DNA of 64,000 nt, from NCBI GenBank assembly GCA_003345545.1, contig PRDH01000039.1, positions 1-64,000 on the forward strand. Direction: 5' to 3'. Each line of letters starts with the position of its first letter. Position 1 is the first letter of the stretch. Below the pieces are notes generated by a model. It saw only the letters and a list, made by a program, of their open reading frames with translations, was not told where the DNA came from and did not search any database. Both the position numbers and the translations under genes were made by a program. Source of the DNA: Candidatus Thorarchaeota archaeon. GTDB lineage: Archaea; Asgardarchaeota; Thorarchaeia; Thorarchaeales; Thorarchaeaceae. This document shows positions 18,915-27,568 of this stretch, in pieces.

Positions 18915-21041
18915 GTGAGGAAGGGTCTAGGAGCGATTCTCCTTGTCTTGGTGCTTGCCTTAGGACTTGTCCCGATAACAGTAGTGGCACATATTCCAAG
19001 TGCCAATCCTAACTTGGACAGTGTATACGTTGATGTCATGGTCTTGCCCAATGGACGGATCAACGTGACGTATTGGATGACATTCACTGCGGCGAGTGGT
19101 GGTCTGGGCGGATTCGATTTTCAAGGAATTCAAGAAACAACTCTTGTTGACACGACACGTGCGTATGCTGAATGGGGTGGGAATCGATACGACCTGATTG
19201 TTGGATATATTTCAGAAGGCTACGCCCTTGACTGGACCCCGAGAACACCCGAAGGGCAGCAGGTGCTTGTCGTATTTGGTTACTTCAGTACAAATCGAGT
19301 AGTCGAAATGACAACATCACCGACCTACGGTGACCTTGGAGTCCTCAATTGGGCTCCTGTTCAATGGTCAATCGCTGTCGATTACGAACAAGTCCAGGTA
19401 ATATATCCCATCGAGGTCAATTCCTCATGGATCGAGCCTTCGCATGGAGTGACTCCTGAGGGCGCCCAGTATGCGGGGTATATCGAAGATGAGAATCAAG
19501 GTCTCTGGCGGGATTCTGCGAAGTATCCATTCGATAATATTGACCTACTTGCTTATCCCTATGACATTGCAGCAAGCCCTCGCTACTTCACTGTCAGTAT
19601 GGACTTTGCGAGCCTAAATGCCTATGACCGCTTCAGAGTTTTTCAATACACGAATTGGACATTCTATGCAGCCTTCGCTGAATCAGGAGCGCTCGACTAC
19701 ACTGTCAGCCCCTTCGTAAATGCACAGGCGGACACTCAGTTCCAACTAGAACTCGATGTCTTCAATTATGGTGACCTGCCGCTCGAGAATGTCACAATCT
19801 TGATGACGCTCCCTGAGAATCTCACGCTTGTGTCGGGATCGGTCTTGACCACGGTGGGCGCCCTGACAGGTGGCGATGTGTGGCGTGAGACCTATTTGTT
19901 CGTTCCTGCCAATGTAGCTGCTGTGCTCACAATCAACTTTCTAATCACTTCTTCGTCATTGAACTCTACCGACTGGCCGTCATTCTCGGTGGATATCTAT
20001 GTTCAGGAGTACATTCCGCCACTTATTCCGCCTTCTTACTGGATATTCATCATAGGCGGTGCATTTGCCCTGGGCATGGTCTACTACGGATATAGAAAAG
20101 TGACAGCATCATATGGTGCGAAGTGGGAGGTTGATGAGACAACCTACACGTATTCCACCCCTGAAATTGCTATACAGACATTTGGAGAGCCGGGCGCCGT
20201 AGCCGATCTTGACCCAATCGAGTCGGCGTTCTTCGTAAACACAACCCGACAAAAACTTGTATCCATGATTATGATGTCATGTGTTCGAAAGGGTGCAATC
20301 AGGGTCCTGTCAACGGATCCGTTGAAGGTTTCCGTTACCGGCCTCCAGTTCGAGGAACTGACGTACTACGAAGAGAAATTCATAGCCAGCATCACGGATG
20401 ATGAGCTGGACCCCGGAAAAATCGATGCAATGCTCGACGAGCTCGCGGACAAGGTCCAAGAGAAGGCCTGGAAAGCTGATTTTGAGGTCACAAAGGAACA
20501 CCATGATGAGATGGTCGAGGGTGCGTGGAGAGAACTGGAGGAAGAGCCCACGCTCGATGGACGTACTGATTACTACTTCAATCAGCAATACCATGACAGT
20601 GGGTGGGCTTGGTACTGGCTATACATGCACCCACGCCATGACACTGACATAGGAAGGGTCTTCAGCAGCCCCGGGACTGCAATCGCTCCGCCGCAAATTC
20701 CTGACTGGTTTTCTGATTTGTCGGCGGCAACCGGCAATGCCGTTTCAAGTGTTGGGCGAGTAGTAGGGGATGTAGCCACGACTACAGGTCAGATTATGAC
20801 AAACGTGACCAACACAATAGGTAGCGTCTTGCAGAGTGTGGGCAATATCATCACCGAGCCTCTGAAGCCACTGATTGAAGGGACAAGTAGATGTGTTTCC
20901 CACGATGCCTGCCACAGTGCTTGTGTTTCCCATGATGCCTGTCATAGCGCCTGTCACAGCGCCTGTCACAGTGCCTGCGTCTGTCATAGCGCCTGTCACA
21001 GCGCATGTCACAGTGCGTGTGTGTCTGGAGGCTTCAGGTAG
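18915..21041 (+). CDS. Signal-peptide, single-pass membrane protein (DUF2207-like architecture) with C-terminal Cys/His repeat tail
   Basis: N-terminal signal, beta-rich ectodomain, TM YWIFIIGGAFALGMVYYGY followed by RK, LDPIESAFF / LTYYEEKF cytoplasmic domain, (CHSA)n tail ending SGGFR. Confidence 0.88.
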   Translation: MRKGLGAILLVLVLALGLVPITVVAHIPSANPNLDSVYVDVMVLPNGRINVTYWMTFTAASGGLGGFDFQGIQETTLVDTTRAYAEWGGNRYDLIVGYISEGYALDWTPRTPEGQQVLVVFGYFSTNRVVEMTTSPTYGDLGVLNWAPVQWSIAVDYEQVQVIYPIEVNSSWIEPSHGVTPEGAQYAGYIEDENQGLWRDSAKYPFDNIDLLAYPYDIAASPRYFTVSMDFASLNAYDRFRVFQYTNWTFYAAFAESGALDYTVSPFVNAQADTQFQLELDVFNYGDLPLENVTILMTLPENLTLVSGSVLTTVGALTGGDVWRETYLFVPANVAAVLTINFLITSSSLNSTDWPSFSVDIYVQEYIPPLIPPSYWIFIIGGAFALGMVYYGYRKVTASYGAKWEVDETTYTYSTPEIAIQTFGEPGAVADLDPIESAFFVNTTRQKLVSMIMMSCVRKGAIRVLSTDPLKVSVTGLQFEELTYYEEKFIASITDDELDPGKIDAMLDELADKVQEKAWKADFEVTKEHHDEMVEGAWRELEEEPTLDGRTDYYFNQQYHDSGWAWYWLYMHPRHDTDIGRVFSSPGTAIAPPQIPDWFSDLSAATGNAVSSVGRVVGDVATTTGQIMTNVTNTIGSVLQSVGNIITEPLKPLIEGTSRCVSHDACHSACVSHDACHSACHSACHSACVCHSACHSACHSACVSGGFR
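20892..21041 (+). repeat. Coding tandem repeat, 12-nt unit encoding CHSA (7 copies) plus two CVSHDA units
   Basis: TGYCAYAGYGCN repeats; 11 Cys and 9 His in 49 aa. Confidence 0.95.
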
Positions 21042-21797
21042 ATGCCAAGACCTCACACAACGATCTTCCATGTCAGTGATGTCCATGTTGGCGAAATTGG
21101 AGTCACGCTCGACGATCTGAGAATGATTCTCGACCGCATTGAGAAAAAAGCAGCGAATGTGTCGTCACCCTTGCTTGTCGTAACAGGTGACCTCACAACT
21201 GAGGGTTTACGCGAGGAGTTCGAAGGCTTCTCATCTGCGCTGCAAGGATTCTCGGTGCCCCACGTTATCATTCCCGGAAATCACGATGAGCGAAACTATG
21301 GTTCAGCAGTCTTCGAGGAGTTCTTTGGAGAACGGTTCAAGACCTATCAGACTGAAAACATCGCAATCTACGCTGCAGACAGTGCAGAGCCTGACAACGA
21401 CGCAGGGCATGTCGGCCGCGTCAAGTATAATGAGATGCGTGATTTCTTCAATAGCTCCAAAGAGAAGGTCCGGATATTTGCACTTCATCACCACTTGGTT
21501 CCGGTGCCGCATACTGGGAGAGAACAGAACGTCGTTGAGGATGCCGGTGACGTATTAGCGGTTCTTGACAATACAAATTGCTCTATGGTTCTAAGTGGCC
21601 ATCGCCATGTTCCTTGGACATGGAAACTCGGTGATATGGTCATCTGCAATACCGGAACTCTTCTCTCAAGGAGAGTGCGAGGCGCGACAACTCAACTATA
21701 CAGTCGAGTCGAATTAACGAAGGAAGAAGCCATCATTAGCCTCTGTTACAAAGATGCTACTGAGCGAGTCTTTGCAAGAGCACCACTCAGGGCCTAG
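21042..21797 (+). CDS. Calcineurin-like metallophosphoesterase (CpdA/Icc-like)
   Basis: SDVH, TGDLT, GNHD, HHH, GHRH; ATG directly follows the upstream TAG. Confidence 0.9.
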   Translation: MPRPHTTIFHVSDVHVGEIGVTLDDLRMILDRIEKKAANVSSPLLVVTGDLTTEGLREEFEGFSSALQGFSVPHVIIPGNHDERNYGSAVFEEFFGERFKTYQTENIAIYAADSAEPDNDAGHVGRVKYNEMRDFFNSSKEKVRIFALHHHLVPVPHTGREQNVVEDAGDVLAVLDNTNCSMVLSGHRHVPWTWKLGDMVICNTGTLLSRRVRGATTQLYSRVELTKEEAIISLCYKDATERVFARAPLRA

Positions 21798-21816
21798 TGA
21801 GGGCTTCACTCTTCTA

Positions 21817-22170
21817 CTACAGCTGATTGAAGAACCACACAACATCCACAGAGGTCACATTTGCCAACATGGCAGGCAAACTTACAGCTCCTCTCACTAC
21901 GACTATTGAGTTGAGGGTCGATGCTCCTGCCCAATTTATCAGCACGAAGTTGCTCCCATCAGAAATTGTGATGATGTTCCCTATTCTTAGAGTCACTTCT
22001 CCTTTCACAGCGACCGCAGTGCCAAATGGTACTAGGCCATCATTGATATCATTGATACTGGTAAGTCCAAACAAGCCATCATGCCATGCGATTACGCCCA
22101 CAGCAATGACGACTATTACCACGATGCCAAGAAGAATCTTAGCAGCAGATTTTCCCTTCTTCTTCGTCAT
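21817..22170 (-). CDS. Small membrane-anchored OB-fold-like protein
   Basis: MTKKKGK, then a TM, then VAVKGEV...ISDGS...VVVRG beta pattern; ATG at 22170 preferred. Confidence 0.55.
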   Translation of the reverse strand: MTKKKGKSAAKILLGIVVIVVIAVGVIAWHDGLFGLTSINDINDGLVPFGTAVAVKGEVTLRIGNIITISDGSNFVLINWAGASTLNSIVVVRGAVSLPAMLANVTSVDVVWFFNQL

Positions 22171-22259
22171 ATGGATTCCTATCTTCGCCAGTGCAATCCA
22201 AGATAAAAACCATCTTGAATTGAAGGACAAGTACTAAAGAGGCGAAGGCTCTCGTCTGG

Positions 22260-23495
22260 TTGTTGGTAACTATGGATGTACCCGCGACCTATGCAAGGCT
22301 CTGTGGTGAGGTGTCCCACTTCACAAAGGAGAAGACAGGGACTAGTCTTGTTGATGCGTATTTTGGTCCAGAGGCATTAGACCCCATTCACCAGAGAAAA
22401 GGGAAATCACCAGAGGAGCTGGTCGGTGAAGTCAAATCCCTTATCGATGGGATTCGCGATGAGATTGACTCCCAGCTGAGAGCGGACCATTTGATTGGTG
22501 AGTGCGAATCGATCTGTGTCGTGGTCGAATGGCTTGCGGGAAGGAAAATCCCCTATGCAGACCTTGTACACGATATTTTTCACATTCCAATGAAGAGATT
22601 CTCCGATAGGGCCATCAAAGAGAGAATCGCGGTTCTCGATGATGCACTCACAGGATTTTCCGGTTCGGACCTGCGAGAGCGTGTTGCTTTCTTTGTCAAG
22701 CGAGGCGAAATCACAGGTGCCCAGCTTCAGCACCTCATTGAAGGCGAGCTTCAAACGAAGGCTGCACAAGTCGGTGAGATGTTCAAGAGGAGAATCCATT
22801 CCGTAATGGGAACAGATGTCACTGATAATGGCGTTGAATACCAGACTGTTAGGGGAGCTCCCTGGAGCGGGTACAATTGGTATCAACCCGGTTTCAAATC
22901 AATAAACCAGTTCAATCTTGACGTGACTTTCAATATTGACACGCTGTATGGCGTCATATTTCACGAATACGAACACCATGTTTCAAACCTCTGGCGTGAG
23001 AAGTACTATCGGGAGTCTGGCGATCTTGAACTTGCAGTTGTGCCTCTCCACACGGGAAGGTGCGTTATCTCGGAGGGAACTGCTGACACGGCAAGGGAGT
23101 TTCTGGGTGTCGTCGAGGACAATCCCAATATCAAGATTGCTGAAGCTCTGAACACTCTTCGCAGGATGACCAGCATCAACGCAGCTATCATGCTGAATGA
23201 CAGGGGGAGGACGGTGGATGAAGCTGTGGACTACATGATTGAATATGGATTTAGAACTCCCGAGTCCGCCAGGTCTGCAATAGGGTTCATAAGTCCAAGG
23301 ACTTCCACTGGCGGTCAAAACTTCTGGGCTCCATACATCTTTACCTACTACTTTGGCAAGACAGATTTCGTGCTTCCTGTTTTCAACAAGGCCGCAGGAG
23401 AGGGCGAGCTTACAAGGTTCTTTCAGACCCTGTATCTCAACCCGTACTCCGGTTCCAGTGTGACCTGGAAGCAAGCCTTTGATTGGCTGAATTGA
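22260..23495 (+). CDS. DUF885-like HExxH metallopeptidase-fold protein
   Basis: FHEYEHH, downstream ISEGTA, EAVDYMIEYG, YIFTYYFG. Confidence 0.7.
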   Translation: MLVTMDVPATYARLCGEVSHFTKEKTGTSLVDAYFGPEALDPIHQRKGKSPEELVGEVKSLIDGIRDEIDSQLRADHLIGECESICVVVEWLAGRKIPYADLVHDIFHIPMKRFSDRAIKERIAVLDDALTGFSGSDLRERVAFFVKRGEITGAQLQHLIEGELQTKAAQVGEMFKRRIHSVMGTDVTDNGVEYQTVRGAPWSGYNWYQPGFKSINQFNLDVTFNIDTLYGVIFHEYEHHVSNLWREKYYRESGDLELAVVPLHTGRCVISEGTADTAREFLGVVEDNPNIKIAEALNTLRRMTSINAAIMLNDRGRTVDEAVDYMIEYGFRTPESARSAIGFISPRTSTGGQNFWAPYIFTYYFGKTDFVLPVFNKAAGEGELTRFFQTLYLNPYSGSSVTWKQAFDWLN

Positions 23496-23562
23496 ATCTT
23501 GAAGAAGACTATTGCCGGAATCGAAGTGGAGGGCTCCTTTTCCTTCGCCTGAACAAGATGAG

Positions 23563-23588
23563 GTGTGATGGCCGACCGACCATCACAC
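23563..23588. terminator. Hairpin between convergent genes
   Basis: GTGTGATGG-N8-CCATCACAC, 9-bp stem. Confidence 0.45.
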
Positions 23589-23595
23589 TATGCTA

Positions 23596-24978
23596 TCAGC
23601 TCTGGCCACTTCCCTGTGCTCTGTCGTAGGCGCGGTCGAGCTCCTGAGTCATTGCACTCGGGATGGCAGTTTTACCAGCTATGTCACCCTCTTTCCGCCT
23701 AATGAAGACGTACAGAAGCGTGACATAGACAATGTCGAAGGTTCTTAACACGAGTGCACTTGGAATTGCGGCAAAGACTGTGAACACGATTACTACCAGC
23801 AATGTCGTGAAGATATCTCCTCCAGAATAGATCCAGCCAAAGAGCCCCCCAAATGCTGCAAAGCCAATGAACATCATGAATGCCAACACACTGAATCCCC
23901 AGCGGACTGCAGTTTCCTTGATCATGACATCGACGAAATTCTTTCGCACTAATCCGGCACTTCTCTTGATGGCTTTCGTTGCACTGAGATCTTCCGCCAC
24001 CATTGCTGGTATAGTGAAGTAGTTCACGAGCATCCAGACCCAAGCGATTATCCCTGAGGCAGCTGCTCCAGCCCCTCTGGCAAATACATTGGACGACCTT
24101 CTAGCTACAGCTGAAATGATCAACCTGACGAGTGCTATTATGACGCTCATAATGCTCAAGACAACGAGACCTCCGATGACGCCAAGTGATGCCTTTACGC
24201 CATCTCCGAGGCTCGGATCCTGTCCTCGCATGTAGATGTATGTGATGGCAGAGGTTGTTGAGTAGGCGAAATTGTAGAAGAATATGGTCACGAAGAGGTA
24301 CACCACAATGCCTATGATATAGCCCCAATCCCTTTCTAGGATGAATTCATAATCAGGCGCCAAGACCTGCGGCATGAAGAAGACAATAATACCTGCAAAG
24401 AGCACTGCTGAAACTAGGGTGAAAATCATTGTGAGCAGTGGCGGCACAAAGGTCCCCTTCTCATCAAGCGTGACTTGGCCGGTCAATTTGATGATTTCAC
24501 CAGCTCTCCGGACTCTGTCCTTGAACACTGTAAATAGAAGAACAGTGATGAGTAGTGTAAAGATGCCTGGTATCATGATAGGCCATGCTGTGCCCAATGC
24601 TGCCAAGGGAATCGCTCCGCTAATGACCAGGAATATGACAAGTCCCCAGGTCAGGAGATTCATAACACCTGCACCGATGTAAATGAGAGTCCCTCCCAAT
24701 CGCCTTGCAGCCATTGATGCCCCGAGACCCAAGCCAATGCTCAGAACTATTATGGCGCCGAGCCCCACTGCTAGTAGCCAGAGGTTATCAGCCAAGTAGG
24801 GTGAAATGCTCCCAATAATGCTCGTAATGTCGGCTTCATACACAAGCCATAGATTCCATAGTGCGTACATACCCAATCCAACGAATGCTCCGAACACAAT
24901 CAATAGTCCGGCAATTGCACCCTTATGACTCGGGTATTTCTGCTTCTCATGATAATCGATAAGATCAACACTTGTCAA
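23596..24978 (-). CDS. Multi-pass membrane protein, CTL/SLC44 (PNS1)/DUF6159-like
   Basis: About 10 TM; FKDRVRRAGEIIKLT and WMLVNYFTIPAMVAEDLSATKAIKRSAGLVRKN segments; GGAGG SD. Confidence 0.65.
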   Translation of the reverse strand: MTSVDLIDYHEKQKYPSHKGAIAGLLIVFGAFVGLGMYALWNLWLVYEADITSIIGSISPYLADNLWLLAVGLGAIIVLSIGLGLGASMAARRLGGTLIYIGAGVMNLLTWGLVIFLVISGAIPLAALGTAWPIMIPGIFTLLITVLLFTVFKDRVRRAGEIIKLTGQVTLDEKGTFVPPLLTMIFTLVSAVLFAGIIVFFMPQVLAPDYEFILERDWGYIIGIVVYLFVTIFFYNFAYSTTSAITYIYMRGQDPSLGDGVKASLGVIGGLVVLSIMSVIIALVRLIISAVARRSSNVFARGAGAAASGIIAWVWMLVNYFTIPAMVAEDLSATKAIKRSAGLVRKNFVDVMIKETAVRWGFSVLAFMMFIGFAAFGGLFGWIYSGGDIFTTLLVVIVFTVFAAIPSALVLRTFDIVYVTLLYVFIRRKEGDIAGKTAIPSAMTQELDRAYDRAQGSGQS

Positions 24979-25110
24979 GTGATTGCTCCTCCTTCAGACG
25001 CGTCAACAATCTCTGCCTATTCTGACATACGTGAATATTAACGTTGGCACTGAACAGGAAAACTGGCCATTATAACAAGTTATTTGAGAGAAAAGTGACT
25101 ACTCGTGTTC

Positions 25111-25584
25111 ATGGAAGAAATTCGATACTGTGCTGATGGGCATATCTTCTGCAATGCCAGGCGAATCATGCTTGCAGTTGATGGTAGTGAAGGTTCATCA
25201 CGAGCCGCCACTGTTGCTTTCGAAGTTGCTGAGATGACAAAGTCCAAGCTCTTCATTGTTCACGTAATTCCAACGCCTATTGTCAGACAAATCGCGTTAA
25301 TGTCAGAATCTGACCCTGAAGAGATTCTGATCAAGTATAAGGTCAAGGGTGAGAAACTCCTTGAGGGTGTAAGAAAGGCATCCACCAAGTACAAGATAGA
25401 AACCGAAGTCATATTGGACAGAGGCTCTCCTTCGGATAGAATCATTTACTTGTCAAAGGAAAAGAAGGTGGATCTTGTGGTTATTGGCGCTAGAGGTGCT
25501 ACAGGCGGCGGACGTACAGGCTTGGGAAGTTCAGCAGAACGAGTGACGTTCGGAGCTGATTGTCCTGTGCTTGTCGTCAAATAA
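25111..25584 (+). CDS. Universal stress protein (UspA family)
   Basis: IMLAVDGS, DLVVIGARG, GLGSSAERV, CPVLVVK. Confidence 0.93.
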   Translation: MEEIRYCADGHIFCNARRIMLAVDGSEGSSRAATVAFEVAEMTKSKLFIVHVIPTPIVRQIALMSESDPEEILIKYKVKGEKLLEGVRKASTKYKIETEVILDRGSPSDRIIYLSKEKKVDLVVIGARGATGGGRTGLGSSAERVTFGADCPVLVVK

Positions 25585-25628
25585 CCAGAATACCGAGGCT
25601 TTTTCAGAGACTTTTCCCTAGTATATGT

Positions 25629-26102
25629 ATGGAAGAAATCATGTATAAATCGCCAGATCGGTTTTTCTGGCGGACAAAGCGGATTCTTCTTCCGGTCGAC
25701 GGTAGTGGTGCGGCCGCCAGAGCTGCGACCGTAGCGTATGAACTAGCTGAGATTACAAAGGGCACCATATTGCTCCTCCATGTCGTCAATATCGGAATGG
25801 TGCAGCAAATAGCCACAATGTCGGACACCGACTCTCTCGAGTTACTCACACGATACATAGTGAATGGCGAACGTCTCCTCGAAGGATACAGGAAGGCAGC
25901 GTCTGAGTTCAAACTTGAAATCGAGCCCATCCTTGAACAGGGTCTGCCCTCCGACAAGATCATCACTATTGCCAAAGAGAAGAAGGTGGATCTCATTATC
26001 ATGGGCTCTCAAGGAATGACTGCTGAGTCCCGAGGCGGACTTGGGAGTGCAACAGAGAGAGTTGTCCGTAAGGCACCCTGTGCTGTACTCGTAATCAGGT
26101 AG
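25629..26102 (+). CDS. Universal stress protein (UspA family), tandem paralog
   Basis: ILLPVDGS, DLIIMGSQG, GLGSATERVV; ATG at 25629 parallels the MEEI start of the first copy. Confidence 0.93.
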   Translation: MEEIMYKSPDRFFWRTKRILLPVDGSGAAARAATVAYELAEITKGTILLLHVVNIGMVQQIATMSDTDSLELLTRYIVNGERLLEGYRKAASEFKLEIEPILEQGLPSDKIITIAKEKKVDLIIMGSQGMTAESRGGLGSATERVVRKAPCAVLVIR

Positions 26103-26382
26103 AGAAGGAGGGAGATGAATCCGACTCGTTCATCTCCATTGCCATCTTGATTAGGCTTCGGAATCTGAGAATATCATAAGCTGGCTGAGCATAGGCCACT
26201 GCAATCGCTCTGGCGTCTTCCTCGGGAATCCCTGCCTCTCTTAGGGTTTCGTAGAATGTTCGTGCTGACTTCCTTACTTCGCCACGGCCCTTTCGCAGTG
26301 CCCACCATGTCTTGGCTAGGAGCCTGGATCCTCCTCCTACGCTTGTGAGTATTATAGACCCGATGGCTCTCGCTGTTTGCAC
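26095..26382 (-). CDS. Hypothetical protein
   Basis: FYETLREAGIPEEDA motif shared with the upstream gene. Confidence 0.7.
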   Translation of the reverse strand: MQTARAIGSIILTSVGGGSRLLAKTWWALRKGRGEVRKSARTFYETLREAGIPEEDARAIAVAYAQPAYDILRFRSLIKMAMEMNESDSSPSFST

Positions 26383-26384
26383 TA

Positions 26385-26795
26385 CTACTCATACTCCTCG
26401 TCAGATTCTTCATCTTCGTTATCAAAGTCGACTTTGATCTTGTGTCGTCTCATCTTCCTGCCAGTTTCGTGAGATGCCTCGTCACTGACCATACTCACTA
26501 GTTTACCGAAGTCTAGCGCTCCAACAAATTTCTTTGTCATGTCTAGCGCGACGTCCTGAGGGATGCCCTCTTTGATCAGGTCGTTATAGAATTTGCCAAT
26601 GCCTGCGGCTAAGTTGCCAGCAGATTCCGGGCTATAGACACTGCCAATCAAGCCAGAGATCAGCTTTGGTATTGATTCATTCAACGCACCAAGCAATTGC
26701 GGAAGTACCTCTGCAACTTCTCGCAGTTCGTCAGCGTCACTAGACTTGCTCTTCTTTCTCTTCTCGTGTTCATCATTCGAGTATTCGTCACTCAT
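26385..26795 (-). CDS. Hypothetical helical protein
   Basis: FYNDLIKEGIPQDVA motif; ATG at 26795 preceded by GGTGA and a TATA box. Confidence 0.75.
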   Translation of the reverse strand: MSDEYSNDEHEKRKKSKSSDADELREVAEVLPQLLGALNESIPKLISGLIGSVYSPESAGNLAAGIGKFYNDLIKEGIPQDVALDMTKKFVGALDFGKLVSMVSDEASHETGRKMRRHKIKVDFDNEDEESDEEYE

Positions 26796-26800
26796 ATTAC

Positions 26801-26874
26801 TGTTCACCGAGTATGATATCGATTGGTCACTGAATATAGGAATTGTGAACAAAAGTGACCACTTCAAGTGTCAC
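26801..26874 (-). promoter_or_regulatory. TATA box flanked by repeated GTGA(A/C)CA half-sites, putative operator
   Basis: TGTTCAC 26801, TGGTCACT 26824, GTGAACA 26845 and AGTGACCA 26854 around minus-strand CCTATATTCA. Confidence 0.5.
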
Positions 26875-26919
26875 AAAGCACCAAGCATGACTTGAACTCT
26901 GAAATGCCGGTGACCTCCC

Positions 26920-27402
26920 TCACTCGGCTCGAAGAGAAAAGTATCTGGCCCTGTCATCATCATCTTCGATGACCTTTAGGATTCCACGGCCCACAAGTTC
27001 ATTGACACGCTCACGAATGATTCTTCTTGAGGCCGTTCCCCTCTCTGCTCTCACAGCAGCTGTTATCTGACTGATGTTCAACGGCCGAGATGTGGCATCC
27101 AATGTCTGAATGATTCGCCAACTGATATCGTCTTTTTTGAGGTCGCCAAATCTTGATTCAAGTCTCTCCGTCTTGGTGAACTTGGACATTAGCCTGACCA
27201 TTCCATCGTAGAAGTCGAATCCTTCCCTGATGACCCTAGCAGAGGTACGAACCTCCTCAATACCCGGGCTGACCCTCTCGATGAGCTCCTCCAGTCTTGC
27301 CAGCCTCATGGAGATCTCATCCAGTCGATTCTGCACCTCTTCGAGTGTGAGATTCGCTGACTGACTGGAATCTGCATCATCGACGGTTTTCTTCTTGCTC
27401 AA
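26920..27402 (-). CDS. Coiled-coil plus winged-helix putative transcription regulator
   Basis: PLNISQITAAVRAERGTASRRIIRERVNELVGRGIL wHTH; TTG start at 27402 likely. Confidence 0.75.
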   Translation of the reverse strand: MSKKKTVDDADSSQSANLTLEEVQNRLDEISMRLARLEELIERVSPGIEEVRTSARVIREGFDFYDGMVRLMSKFTKTERLESRFGDLKKDDISWRIIQTLDATSRPLNISQITAAVRAERGTASRRIIRERVNELVGRGILKVIEDDDDRARYFSLRAE

Positions 27403-27568
27403 GGGGCAGTCGCCGTTTTTGGATGACACCAGAAAGTGATAAGTCTGATGGAAACAGCCGCATTTGATGGGGAGGCGATGTGGCTTAAGGAAACGCAAAT
27501 GGAGCAGGTCTTATATGGATATCAAGCCATGCGGAAACAGCTACTACACAGATTAAAGGGTTGCCAGC

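Noticed and set aside
20881-21041. Short direct repeats resembling a CRISPR array or VNTR
   Set aside because: The 12-nt units have no spacers, are in frame, and vary only at synonymous sites; no cas genes are present.
20745-21120. Alternative-frame ORFs over the repeat (VTAPVT... and AVTGAMT...)
   Set aside because: Shadows of the CHSA repeat. Third-position variation fits the CHSA frame.
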